Assembly: GCF_009914755.1 (NCBI RefSeq)
Contig: NC_060940.1
Length of the DNA stretch: 64,000 nucleotides
Strand: one strand, 5' to 3'
DNA from: the human T2T-CHM13v2.0 reference genome, Homo sapiens
The notes below the pieces were generated by a model. It searched no databases. It had not been told where the DNA came from and worked only from the letters and a program-made list of their open reading frames with translations. This document shows, piece by piece, positions 28,118-43,200 of the stretch. Every line of letters starts with the position of its first letter. Within the stretch, counting starts at the first letter, position 1. The position numbers and the translations under genes were made by a program.

Positions 28118-31100
28118 TTAGAAGATTCTATTCAATTACATTCCATGACGATTCCGTTCGAGTCCATTTGATGATTCCATTAGACTCCATTCGACGATGA
28201 TTCCATTCGATGTTATTCGATGATTCCATTCGATCTCATTCGTTGATGATTCCATTCAACTCCATTCGATGTTTCCATTCGAGTTCATTCTATTATTCCA
28301 TTAGATTCCATTCGATGATGTTTCCATTCGTTTCCATTTGATGATTGCATTCTATTTCATTTGATGATGATTCCATTCGAGTCCACTCGATGATTCCATT
28401 CGAGTCCATTTAATGAATCCATTGGTTTCAATTCTATGATGATTACATTGGATTCCATTCGTTGATGACTTCATTCGGTTCCATTCAATGATGATTCTAT
28501 TCAATTCCTTTCAATGTTTCCATTCAATTCCATACGATGATGATTCCATTTGGTTTGATTCGACAGTGAGCCATTCGATTCAATTCCATGATGATTCTAT
28601 TTGATTCAATTGGTTGACATTTCCATTCGATTCCATTCGATGATGATTCCCTTTGATTCCATTCAAAGATGATTCCATTCTAGCCCATTCAATCATTCCA
28701 TTCGATTCTATTCAATGATGATTCCATTCATGTCGATTTGGTGATTCCATTTGACTTCATTTGATGATGATTCCTTTCAAGTTCATTAGATGATTCCATT
28801 CGATTCCATTTGATGATGATCCCATTCGAGTCCATTCAGTGATTCCATTCGTTTCCATTCCATGATGATTCCATTCCATTCCATTCAATGATTCCATTCG
28901 ATTCCGTTTGATGATGATTTCATTCGAGTCCATTTGATGATTCCATTTGATTCCATTCGATGATGATTCCATTCGAATCCATTCGATGATTCTATTCGAA
29001 TCCACTTGATGATTTCTTCTGATTATAGTTGGTGATGATTCCTTTGGAGTCCATTCAATGATTCCATTCGATTCCAATCGATGGTGATTCCATTAGAGTC
29101 CATTTAATGATTCCATTTGATTCCAGTCTCTGATGATTACATTCGAGTCCATACGATGATTCCACTCAATTCCATATGATGATGATTCCATTCGATTCCA
29201 TTCGATGATTCCATTCTATTCTATTCAATGGTGATTCCATTCGAGTACATTAGATGATTCCATTCGATTCCATTCAATGATGATTCTATTTGTGTCCCTT
29301 AGATGATTCCACATGATTCCATTAGATGATGATACTATTTGAGCCCATCCAATGATTCCCTTCGATTCCATTCGATGAGGATTCCATTCGATTCAATTCA
29401 TTGGTGATTCTATTCAATTCAATTCTTTGATTCCATTGCATTCCATTCGACAATGATTCCATTCGATTTCTTTCGATGATTCCACTCGATTCCACTTGAC
29501 ATTGATTCCATTCGATTCCATTCAATGATTCCATTTGATTCCAGTGGATGATGATTGCCATCGATTCCATTCGATCACTCCATTCTATTCCATTTGATGA
29601 TGATTACATTCGATTCCATTTGATGATTCCATCTGATTCTATTCGAGGATTCCATTTGATTCCATTCGATGATGATTCCATTCGAGTCCATTCGATGATT
29701 TCATTCGAGTACATCCAATGATTCCATTCGAGTCCATTTGATGATTCCATTTGATTCCATTTGATTATGATTCTACTAGAGTCCATTCAATGACTCCATT
29801 CGAGTCCATTCAACAATTCCATTCGACTCCATTCGATGATTCCATTCGATTCCATTTGATGATTCCATTCGAGTCCATTTAATCATTACAGTCGAGTCCA
29901 TTTGGTGATTCCACTGGATTTCTTTTGATAATGATACCATTCAATTACATTTGATGACGATCCCATTCAATTTCATTTGATGATGATTCCATTAGAGTCC
30001 ATTCGATGATTTCATTCGAGTCCCTTCATTGATTCCATCCGATTTCATTGGATGATGACTCCATTCGAGTCCATTCGATGATTCCACTCGGTTCCATTAG
30101 ATGATTCCATTGGAGTCCATTTGATTGTTCCATTCGATTCCATTCGATTCCTTTCGAAGATTATTCCATTTGAGTCCGTTCGATGATGATTCCATTCCAT
30201 TCCATTCGATGATTCCGTTTGATTCCATTCGATGATTCCCTTCGATTCCTTTCTTTGATGATTCCATTCCATTCCATTCAATGATTCCATTCGAATCTAT
30301 TCCATGATGATTCCTTTCGATTCCATTCGCTGATGTTTCCGTTCAATTCCATTCGATGATGATTCCATTCGATTCCATTCATTGAGGATTCCATTTGATT
30401 CCATTCAATGATGATTCCATTCTATTCCATGCAAAGATTGCATTCAATTCCATTCAATGATCATCCCCTTAGTGGAAACTCAACGATTCCATTCAATACC
30501 ATTCGATGATGATTCCTTTTGAGTCCATTCAATGATTTCATTCAAGTCCATTTGATGATTCCTTTGAATTCCATTCTATGATGATTCCACTCGAGTCCAT
30601 TCGATGATTCCATTCGATTGCATTCGATGATTCCATTATATTCCATTCAACAATGATTCCATTCGAGTTCATTCGATGATTCCATTAGAGTACATTTAAT
30701 GATTGCTTTGTTTTCAATTCGAAGATGATTACATTGGATTCCATTCTATGATACCATTCGATTCCATTCAATGATGATTCCACTCAAATCCATTGGATGA
30801 TTCCATTCGTGTCCATTCGGTGATTTCATTAGATTCCATTCGAGGATGATTCCATTCGATTCCATTCGATGATTCCATTCAATTCCATTCGATGATGATT
30901 CCATTCCAGTCCATATGATCATTCCATTTGATTTCATTCGATGATGATTCCATTCGATTCCATTCGATGATTCCATTCTATTCCATTCGATGATGATTCC
31001 ATTCGAGTCCATTCGATGATTCCATTCGAGTCCATTTAATGATTCCATTGGGTTCAATTCAATGATGATTACATTGGATTCCGTTCTATGATTCCATTCA

Positions 31101-34100
31101 ATTCCGTTCATTGACAATTTGATTCCATTCGATGATGATTCCATTTGAGTTCATTCGATGATTCTATTCGATTCTCTTCGATGGTGATTCAATTCTATTA
31201 TATTGGATGATTCCATTCGATTCCATTTGATGTTGATTCAATTCGATTCTATTCGATGATGATTCCATTGGATTTCACTTGATGATTCTATTCGATTCCA
31301 TTCAATGATGATTCACTTCTCGTCCATTGGATGATTCCATTTCATTCCATTCGATGATGATTCCATTCGATTCCATTCGATGATTCCTTTTGATTCCATT
31401 CGACGGTGAGCAATTCGATTCAATTCCATGATGATTCTATTTGATTCAATTAGATGATGTTTCCATTCGAATCCATTCCATGATTATTCCATTGGAATCC
31501 ATTCGGCGATGATTCCATATGAGTCAATTCAATGATGATTCCATATGGGTCCGTTCGATGATAATTCCATTTGATTTCATTCGATGCTTCTATTCAATTC
31601 CAGTCGATGATGATTCCGTTGGAGTCCATACGATGATTCCATTTGATTTCATTTCATGATGATTCCATTCGATTCCATTCGATGATGATTACATTGGATT
31701 CCATTCTATGATTCCATTCAATTCCATTCGTTGATGATTCGATTCCATTCAATGATGATTCCATTTGAGTTCATTCGATGATTCTATTCGATTCCGTTCG
31801 ATGGTGATTCAATTCTCTTATATTAGATGATTCCACTCGATTCCATTTGATGATTATTCCATTGGAGTCCACTTAGTGAATCCTTTAGATTCTACTCGAA
31901 GATGATTCCATTTGACTCCATTCGATGATACCATTCAATTCCATTCGTTGATGCTTCCATTCAAGTGCATTCGATGATATCATTCGATTCCATTTGATGA
32001 TAATTCCATTTGATTCCATGCGATGATTCTATTCGATTCCATTCAATGATAATTCCATTCAATTCAGTGATTCCTCTGGACTCCATTTGATGATGATTCC
32101 ATTCAATGATTCCATTCGATTCTATTCGAAAATGATTCCATTTGAATCCATTTGATGATGATTCCATTCGATTCCATTTGATGATTCCATTCTATTCTAT
32201 TCGATGATGATTCCATTCGATTCCATTCGATGATGATTGGATTCGATTCCATTTGATGACTTCATTTGATTCCATTCGTTAATGATTTCGATCAATTCCA
32301 TTCGATGATTCCATTCGATTCCATTCGATAATGATTACATCCGAGTGCATTCGATGATTCCATTTGAGCCCGTTCGATAATTCCATTTGAGTCCAATCAA
32401 TGATTCCATTCATTTCCATTCAATGATTCCATTCGAGTCCATTTGATCATTCCGGTAGGGTCCATTCGATGTTGATTCCATTGGAGTGCATTCGATGATT
32501 TCATTCGAGTACATTTTAGGATTTGATTCGAGTCCTTTCGATGATTCCATTAGACTCCACTCGATGATGATTTCATTCGAGTCCATTCGACACTTCCAAT
32601 CGATTCCATTTGATGTTTCCTTTCGAGTCCAATTGATGATTCCATTCAATTCCTTTCGATGATGATTCCGTACGGTTCCATTCTGTGATGATTCCATGTG
32701 ATTGCATTCAATGATGATTCCTTTCGATTGCATTCGATTATGATTCATTTCGTGTTCATTCTATGGTTCCACAGGTTTCCATTCGTGTCCATTCCATTAT
32801 TCCATTCTATTCCATTTGATGATGATTCCATTCGATTCCATTCATTGGTGATTCCACTCAATTCCATTCAATGATTCCATTCCATTTCTTTCAACAATGA
32901 TTCCATTAGTTTCTAATCGATGATCCACTTGATTCCATTTGACGACGATTCCATTCTTGTCCATTCGATGATTCCATTTGATTCCATATGATGATGATTC
33001 CATTCGATTCCATACGATGATGATTCCATTCGAGTCTATTCAATGGTGATTCCATTCAATTCCATTCGATGATTCCTTTCGATTCCATTCGATGATGATG
33101 GCATTCGATTCCTTTCAATCATTCCCTTTGATTCCATTCAAAGGTGATTTCATTCAAGTCCATTTGATAATTGCATTCGATTCCATTCTATGATGATTCC
33201 ATTCGAGTCCATTTGATGATTCCATTCAATTCAAGTCAATGATGATTCCATTCGATTCCATTCGATGATTCCATTGTATTCCATTCGATGATAATTCCAT
33301 TCAAATCCTTTCGATAATTCAATTCAAGTCCATTCGATGATGATTCCAATCGAATCCATTTAAAGATTCCATTCAGTTCCATTCGATGATTCCCTTAGAT
33401 TCCATTCGATGATTCCACTTGATTCCATTTACGATGATTCCATTCGATTCCATGTGATGATTCCATTCAATTCTATTCAATGATGTTTCCATTTGATTCC
33501 ATTCGACCATGATTGCCTTTGATTCCATTCAATGATTCCATTCGGTTCCTTTTGATGATGATTCCGTTCGATTCCATTTGATGATTCCATTTGATTCCAT
33601 TGGATGAGTCCATTCGATTACATTCGATGATTATTCCATTCGAGTGCATTAGATGATTCCATTCGAGTCCATTCGATGATTCCATTCGATTCCATTCGAT
33701 GTTGATTCTGTTCAAATCCATTTGATGATTCCACTCGATTCCATTCCATGACTCCATTTGATCCCATTCGATGATTTCCTTTGATTCCCTTTGATGATCA
33801 TTCCATTTGATTCAATTCGGTGATTTCATTTGATTCCATTCAGTGATGTTTCCATTCGACTCCATTCGATGATGATTCCATTCGACTCCATTCGATTATG
33901 ATTTCATTCAATTCCATTCGATAATGATTCCCTTCGAGTCCATTCGATGATTCCATTCGATTCCATTCAACGAAGATTTGATTCGTGTCCATTCGATGAT
34001 TCCATTTGATTCCACTTGATGATGATTCAATTCCAGTCCATTTGATGATTCCATTCAATTCCATTCTCCCATGATTTCTTTTGAGCCCATTCAATGCTTC

Positions 34101-34190
34101 CACTCGATTCCATATGATGATGACTCCATTCGATGAAATTCGATGATGATTCCATTCGCTTGCTTTCGATGATGATTCCACTTGAGTCCG
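28118..34190 (+). repeat. Unit 7, 6073 bp (6112+10-49)
   Basis: All landmarks are present in order. Extra decamer at ~31665 and 49-bp deletion at ~32160. Confidence 0.9.
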
Positions 34191-37100
34191 TTAGAAGATT
34201 CTATTCAATTACATTCCATGACGATTCCGTTCGAGTCCATTTGATGATTCCATTAGACTCCATTCAACGATGATTCCATTCGATGTTATTCGATGATTCC
34301 ATTCGATCTCATTCGTTGATGATTCCAATCAACTCCATTCGATGTTTCCATTCGAGTTCATTCTATTATTCCATTAGATTCCATTCGATGATGATTCCAT
34401 TCGATTCCATTTGATGATTGCACTCTATTTCATTTGATGATGATTCCATTCGAGTCCACTCGATGATTCCATTCGAGTCCATTTAATGAATCCATTGGTT
34501 TCAATTCTATGATGATTACATTGGATTCCATTCGTTGATGACTTCATTCGGTTCCATTCAATGATGATTCCATTCAATTCCTTTCAATGTTTCCATTCAA
34601 TTCCATACGATGATGATTCCATTTGATTTGATTCGACAGTGAGCCATTCGATTCAATTCCATGATGATTCTATTTGATTCAATTGGTTGACATTTCCATT
34701 CGATTCCATTCGATGATGATTCCCTTTGATTCCATTCAAAGATGATTCCATTCTAGCCCATTCAATCATTCCATTCGATTCTATTCAATGATGATTCCAT
34801 TCATGTCGATTTGGTGATTCCATTTGACTTCATTTGATGATGATTCCTTTCAAGTTCATTAGATGATTCCATTCGATTCCATTTGATGATGATCCCATTC
34901 GAGTCCATTCAGTGATTCCACTCGTTTCCATTCCATGATGATTCCATTCCATTCCATTCAATGATTCCATTCGATTCCGTTTGATGATGATTTCATTCGA
35001 GTCCATTTGATGATTCCATTGGATTCCATTCGATGATGATTCCATTAGAGTCCATTCGATGATTCTATTCAAATCCATTTGATGATTTCTTTTGATTATA
35101 TTTGGTGATGATTCCATTGGAGTCCATTCAATGATTCCATTCGATTCCAATCGATGGTGGTTCCATTAGAGTCCATTTAATGATTCCATTTGATTCCAGT
35201 CTCTGATGATTACATTCGAGTCCATACGATGATTCCACTCAATTCCATATGATGATGATTCCATTCGATTCGATTCAATGGTGATTCCATTCGAGTACAT
35301 TAGATGATTCCATTCGATTCCATTCAATGATGATTCTATTTGTGTCCCTTAGATGATTCCACATGATTCCATTAGATGATGATACTATTTGAGCCCATCC
35401 AATGATTCCCTTCGATTCCATTCGATGAGGATTCCATTCGATTCAATTCATTGGTGATTCTATTCAATTCAATTCTTTGATTCCATTCCATTCCATTCGA
35501 CAATGATTCCATTCGATTTCTTTCGATGATTCCACTCGATTCCACTTGACATTGATTCCATTCGATTCCATTCAATGATTCCATTTGATTCCAGTGGATG
35601 ATGATTGCCATCGATTCCATTCGATCACTCCATTCTATTCCATTTGATGATGATTACATTCGATTCCATTTGATGATTCCATCTGATTCTATTCGAGGAT
35701 TCCATTTGATTCCATTCGATGATGATTCCATTCGAGTCCATTCGATGATTTCATTCGAGTACATCCAATGATTCCATTCGAGTCCATTAGATGATTCCAT
35801 TTGATTCCATTTGAAAATGATTCTACTAGAGTCCATTCAATGACTCCATTCGAGTCCATTCAACAATTCCATTCGACTCCATTCGATGATTCCATTCGAT
35901 TCCATTTGATGGTTCCATTCGAGTCCATTTAATCATTACAGTCGAGTCCATTTGGTGATTCCACTGGATTTCTTTTGATAATGATACCATTCAATTACAT
36001 TTGATGATGATCCCATTCAACTTCATTTGATGATGATTCCATTAGAGTCCATTCGATGATTTCATTCGAGTCCCTTCATTGATTCCATCCGATTTCATTG
36101 GATGATGACTCCATTCGAGTCCATTCGATGATTCCACTCGATTCCATTAGATGACTCCATTGGAGTCCATTTGATTGTTCCATTCGATTCCATTCGATTC
36201 CTTTCGAAGATTATTCCATTTGAGTCCATTCCATGATGATTCCATTCCATTCCATTCGATGATTCCGTTTGATTCCATTCGATGATTCCCTTCGATTCCT
36301 TTCTTTGATGATTCCATTCCATTCCATTCAATGATTCCATTCGAATCTATTCCATGATGATTCCTTTCGATTCCATTCGCTGATGTTTCCGTTCAATTCC
36401 ATTCGATGATGATTCCATTCGATTCCATTCATTGAGGATTCCATTTGATTCCATTCAATGATGATTCCGTTCTATTCCATTCAATGATTGCATTCAATTC
36501 CATTCAATGATTATCCCCTTAGAGTAAACTCAACGATTCCATTCAATACCATTCGATGATGATTCCTTTTGAGTCCATTCAATGATTTCATTCAAGTCCA
36601 TTTGATGATCCCTTTCAATTCCATTCTATGATGATTCCATTCGAGTCCATTCGATGATTCCATTCGATTGCATTCGATGATTCCATTATATTACATTCAA
36701 CGGTGATTCCATTCGAGTCCATTCCATGATTCCATTAGAGTACATTTAATGATTGCTTTGTTTTCAATTCGAAGATGATTACATTGGATTCCATTCTATG
36801 ATACCATTCGATTCCATTCAATGATGATTCCACTCAAATCCATTGGATGATTCCATTCGTGTCCATTCGGTGATTTCATCAGATTCCATTCGAGGATGAT
36901 TCCATTCGATTCCATTCGATGATTCCATTCAATTCCATTCGATGATGATTCCATTCCAGTCCATATGATCATTCCATTTGATTTCATTCGATGATGATTC
37001 CATTCGATTCCATTCGATGATTCCATTCTATTCCATTCGATGATGATTCCATTCGAGTCCATTCGATGATTCCATTCGAGTCCATTTAATGATTCCATTG

Positions 37101-40100
37101 GGTTCAATTCAATGATGATTACATTGGATTCCGTTCTATGATTCCATTCAATTCCGTTCATTGACAATTTGATTCCATTCGATGATGATTCCATTTGAGT
37201 TCATTCGATGATTCTATTCGATTCTCTTCGATGGTGATTCAATTCTATTATATTGGATGATTCCATTCGATTCCATTTGATGTTGATTCAATTCGATTCT
37301 ATTCGATGATGATTCCATTGGATTTCACTTGATGATTCTATTCGATTCCATTCAATGATGATTCACTTCTCGTCCATTGGATGATTCCATTTCATTCCAT
37401 TCGATGATGATTCCATTCGATTCCATTCGATGATTCCATTTGATTCCATGCGACGGTGAGCAATTCGATTCAATTCCATGATGATTCTATTTGATTCAAT
37501 TAGATGATGTTTCCATTCGAATCCATTCCATGATTATTCCATTGGAATCCATTCGGCGATGATTCCATATGAGTCAATTCAATGATGATTCCATATGGGT
37601 CCGTTCGATGATAATTCCATTTGATTTCATTCGATGCTTCTATTCTATTCCAGTCGATGATGATTCCGTTGGAGTCCATACGATGATTCCATTTGATTTC
37701 ATTTGATGATGATTCCATTCGATGATGATTACATTGGATTCCATTCTATGATTCCATTCAATTCCATTCGTTGATGATTCGATTCCATTCAATGATGATT
37801 CCATTTGAGTTCTTTCGATGATTCTATTCGATTCCGTTCGATGGTGATTCAATTCTATTATATTGGATGATTCCACTCGATTCCATTTGATGATTATTCC
37901 ATTGGAGTCCACTTAGTGAATCCTTTAGATTCTACTCGACGATGATTCCATTCGAGTCCATTCGATGATACCATTCAATTCCATTCGTTGATGCTTCCAT
38001 TCAAGTGCATTCGATGATATCATTCGATTCCATTTGATGATAATTCCATTTGATTCCATGCGATGATTCTATTCGATTCCATTCAATGATAATTCCATTC
38101 AATTCAGTGATTCCTCTGGACTCCATTTGATGATGATTCCATTCAATGATTCCATTCGATTCTATTCGAAAATGATTCCATTTGAATCCATTTGATGATG
38201 ATTCCATTAGATTCCATTTGATGATTCCATTCGATTCCATTCGACGATGATTCCATTCGATTCCGTTTGATGATTCCATTCTATTCTATTCGATGATGAT
38301 TCCATTCGATTCCATTCGATGATGATTGGATTCGATTCCATTGGATGATTTCATTTGATTCCATTCGTTAATGATTTCGATCAATTCCATTCGATGATTC
38401 CATTCGATTCCATTCGATAATGATTACATCCGAGTCCATTCGATGATTCCCTTTGAGCCTGTTCGATAATTCCATTTGAGTCCAACCAATGATTCCATTC
38501 ATTTCCATTCAATGATTCCATTCGAGTCCATTTGATCATTCCGGTAGGGTCCATTCGATGTTGATTCCATTGGAGTGCATTCGATGATTCCATTCGAGTC
38601 CATTTTAGGATTTGATTCGAGTCCTTTCGATGATTCCATTCGATTCCACTCGATGATGATTTCATTCGAGTCCATTCGACACTTCCAATCGATTCCATTT
38701 GATGATTCCATTCGAGTCCAATTGATGATTCCATTCAATTCCATTCGATGATGATTCTGTACGATTCCATTCTGTGATGATTCCATGTGATTGCATTCAA
38801 TGATGATTCCTTTCGTTTGCATTCGATTATGATTCATTTCGTGTTCATTCTATGGTTCCACAGGTTTCCATTCGTGTCCATTCCATTATTCCATTCTATT
38901 CCATTTGATGATGATTCCATTCGATTCCATTCATTGGTGATTCCACTCAATTCCATTCAATGATTCCATTCCATTTCTTTCAACAATGATTCCATTAGTT
39001 TCTAATCGATGATCCACTTGATTCCATTTGACGACGATTCCATTCTTGTCCATTCAATGATTCCATTTGATTCCATATGATGATGATTCCATTCGATTCC
39101 ATACCATGATGATTCCATTCGAGTCCATTCAATGGTGATTCCATTCAATTCCATTCGATGATTCCTTTTGATTCCATTCGATGATGATGGCATTCGATTC
39201 CTTTCAATCATTCCCTTTGATTCCATTCAAAGGTGATTTCATTCAAGTCCATTCGATAATTGCATTCGATTCCATTCTATGATGATTCCATTCGAGTCCA
39301 TTTGATGATTCCATTCAATTCAAGTCAATGATGATTCCATTCGATTCCATTCGAAGATTCCATTGGATTCCATTCGATGATGATTCCATTCAAATCCATT
39401 CGATAATTCAATTCAAGTCCATTCGATGATGATTCCAATCGAATCCATTCAAAGATTCCATTCAGTTCCATTCGATGATTCCCTTAGATTCCATTCGATG
39501 ATTCCACTTGATTGCATTTACGATGATTCCATTCGATTCCATGTGATGATTCCATTCAATTCTATTCAATGATGTCTCCATTTGATTCCATTCGACCATG
39601 ATTGCCTTTGATTCCATTCAATGATTCCATTCGGTTCCGTTTGATGATGATTCCGTTCGATTCCATTTGATGATTCCATTTGATTCCATTGGATGAGTCC
39701 ATTCGATTCCATTCGATGATTATTCCATTCGAGTGCATTAGATGATTCCATTCGAGTCCATTCGATGATTCCATTCGATTCCATTCGATGTTGATTCTGT
39801 TCAAATCCATTCGATGATTCCACTCGATTCCATTCGTTGACTCCATTTGATCCCATCCGATGATTTCCTTTGATTCCCTTTGATGATCATTCCATTTGAT
39901 TCAATTCGGTGATTTCATTTGATTCCATTCAGTGATGTTTCCATTCGACTCCATTCGATGATGATTCCATTCGACTCCATTCGATTATTATTTCATTCAA
40001 TTCCATTCGATAATGATTCCCTTCGAGTCCATTCGATGATTCCATTCGATTCCATTCAACGATGATTTGATTCGTGTCCATTCGATGATTCCATTTGATT

Positions 40101-40279
40101 CCACTTGATGATGATTCCATTCGAGTCCATTTGATGATTCCATTCAATTCCATACTCCGATGATTTCTTTTGAGCCCACTCAATGCTTCCACTCGATTCC
40201 ATATGATGATGACTCCATTCGATGAAATTCGATGATGATTCCATTCGCTTGCTTTCGATGATGATTCCACTTGAGTCCG
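34191..40279 (+). repeat. Unit 8, 6089 bp (6112-23)
   Basis: 23-bp deletion at ~35268. Downstream of it the sequence runs at an exact 6112 offset to unit 9 (pseudo-ORF 35372 maps to 41484). Confidence 0.92.
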
Positions 40280-43200
40280 TTAGAAGATTCTATTCAATTA
40301 CATTCCATGACGATTCCGTTCGAGTCCATTTGATGATTCCATTAGACTCCATTCGACGATGATTCCATTCGATGTTATTCGATGATTCCATTCGATCTCA
40401 TTCGATGATGATTCCATTCAACTCCATTCGATGTTTCCATTCGAGTTCATTCTATTATTCCATTAGATTCCATTCGATGATGATTCCATTCGATTCCATT
40501 TGATGATTGCATTCTATTTCATTTGATGATGATTCCATTCGAGTCCACTCGATGATTCCATTCGAGTCCATTTAATGAATCCATTGGTTTCAATTCTATG
40601 ATGATTACATTGGATTCCATTCGTTGATGATTTCATTCGGTTCCATTCAATGATGATTCCATTCAATTCCTTTCAATGTTTCCATTCAATTCCATACGAT
40701 GATGATTCCATTTGATTTGATTCGACAGTGAGCCATTCGATTCAATTCCATGATGATTCTATTTGATTCAATTGGTTGACATTTCCATTCGATTCCATTC
40801 GATGATGATTCCCTTTGATTCCGTTCAACGATGATTCCATTCTAGCCCATTCAATCATTCCATTCGATTCTATTCAATGATGATTCCATTCATGTCGATT
40901 TGGTGATTCCATTTGACTTCATTTGATGATGATTCCTTTCAAGTTCATTAGATGATTCCATTCGATTCCATTTGATGATGATCCCATTCGAGTCCATTCA
41001 GTGATTCCATTCGTTTCCATTCCATGATGATTCCATTCCTTTCCATTCAATGATTCCATTCGATTCCGTTTGATGATGATTTCATTCGAGTCCATTTGAT
41101 GATTCCATTTGATTCCATTCGATGATGATTCCATTCGAGTCCATTCGATGATTCTATTCGAATCCATTTGATGATTTCTTTTGATTGTATTTGGTGATGA
41201 TTCCATTGGAGTCCATTCAATGATTCCATTCTATTCCAATCGATGATGATTCCATTAGAGTCCATTTAATGATTCCATTTGATTCCAGTCTCTGATGATT
41301 ACATTCGAGTCCATACGATGATTCCACTCAATTCCATATGATGATGATTCCATTTGATTCCATTCGGTGATTCCATTCTATTCTATTCAATGGTGATTCC
41401 ATTCGAGTACATTAGATGATTCCATTCGATTCCATTCAATGATGATTCTATTTGTGTCCCTTATATGATGCCACATGATTCCATTAGATGATGATACTAT
41501 TTGAGCCCATCCAATGATTCCCTTCGATTCCATTCGATGAGGATTCCATTCGATTCAATTCATTGGTGATTCTATTCAATTCAATTCTTTGATTCCATTC
41601 CATTCCATTCGACAATGATTCCATTCGATTTCTTTCGATGATTCCACTCGATTCCACTTGACATTGATTCCATTCGATTCCATTCAATGATTCCATTTGA
41701 TTCCAGTGGATGATGATTGCCATCGATTCCATTCGATCACTCCATTCTATTCCATTTGATGATGATTACATTCGATTCCATTTGATGATTCCATCTGATT
41801 CTATTCGAGGATTCCATTTGATTCCATTCGATGATGATTCCATTCGAGTCCATTCGATGATTTCATTCGAGTACATCCAATGATTCCATTCGAGTCCATT
41901 AGATGATTCCATTTGATTCCATTTGAAAATGATTCTACTAGAGTCCATTCAATGACTCCATTCGAGTCCATTCAACAATTCCATTCGACTCCATTCGATG
42001 ATTCCATTCGATTCCATTTGATGGTTCCATTCGAGTCCATTTAATCATTACAGTCGAGTCCATTTGGTGATTCCACTGGATTTCTTTTGATAATGATACC
42101 ATTCAATTACATTTGATGATGATCCCATTCAACTTCATTTGATGATGATTCCATTAGAGTCCATTCGATGATTTCATTCGAGTCCCTTCATTGATTCCAT
42201 CCGATTTCATTGGATGATGACTCCATTCGAGTCCATTCGATGATTCCACTCGATTCCATTAGATGACTCCATTGGAGTCCATTTGATTGTTCCATTCGAT
42301 TCCATTCGATTCCTTTCGAAGATTATTCCATTTGAGTCCATTCGATGATGATTCCATTCCATTCCATTCGATGATTCCGTTTGATTCCATTCGATGATTC
42401 CCTTCGATTCCTTTCTTTGATGATTCCATTCCATTCCATTCAATGATTCCATTCGAATCTATTCCATGATGATTCCTTTCGATTCCATTCGCTGATGTTT
42501 CCGTTCAATTCCATTCGATGATGATTCCATTCGATTCCATTCATTGAGGATTCCATTTGATTCCATTCAATGATGATTCCGTTCTATTCCATTCAATGAT
42601 TGCATTCAATTCCATTCAATGATTATCCCCTTAGAGTAAACTCAACGATTCCATTCAATACCATTCGATGATGATTCCTTTTGAGTCCATTCAATGATTT
42701 CATTCAAGTCCATTTGATGATTCCTTTCAATTCCATTCTATGATGATTCCATTCGAGTCCATTCGATGATTCCATTCGATTGCATTCGATGATTCCATTA
42801 TATTACATTCAACGGTGATTCCATTCGAGTCCATTCCATGATTCCATTAGAGTACATTTAATGATTGCTTTGTTTTCAATTCGAAGATGATTACATTGGA
42901 TTCCATTCTATGATACCATTCGATTCCATTCAATGATGATTCCACTCAAATCCATTGGATGATTCCATTCGTGTCCATTCGGTGATTTCATCAGATTCCA
43001 TTCGAGGATGATTCCATTCGATTCCATTCGATGATTCCATTCAATTCCATTCGATGATGATTCCATTCCAGTCCATATGATCATTCCATTTGATTTCATT
43101 CGATGATGATTCCATTCGATTCCATTCGATGATTCCATTCTATTCCATTCGATGATGATTCCATTCGAGTCCATTCGATGATTCCATTCGAGTCCATTTA

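Noticed and set aside
42350-42445. Short (CATTC)3 runs suggesting HSat3, or HSF1/TEAD platforms
   Set aside because: The runs are only about 3 pentamers long within HSat2 context. The CATTCC and nGAAn matches are intrinsic to the repeat and give no specific evidence.
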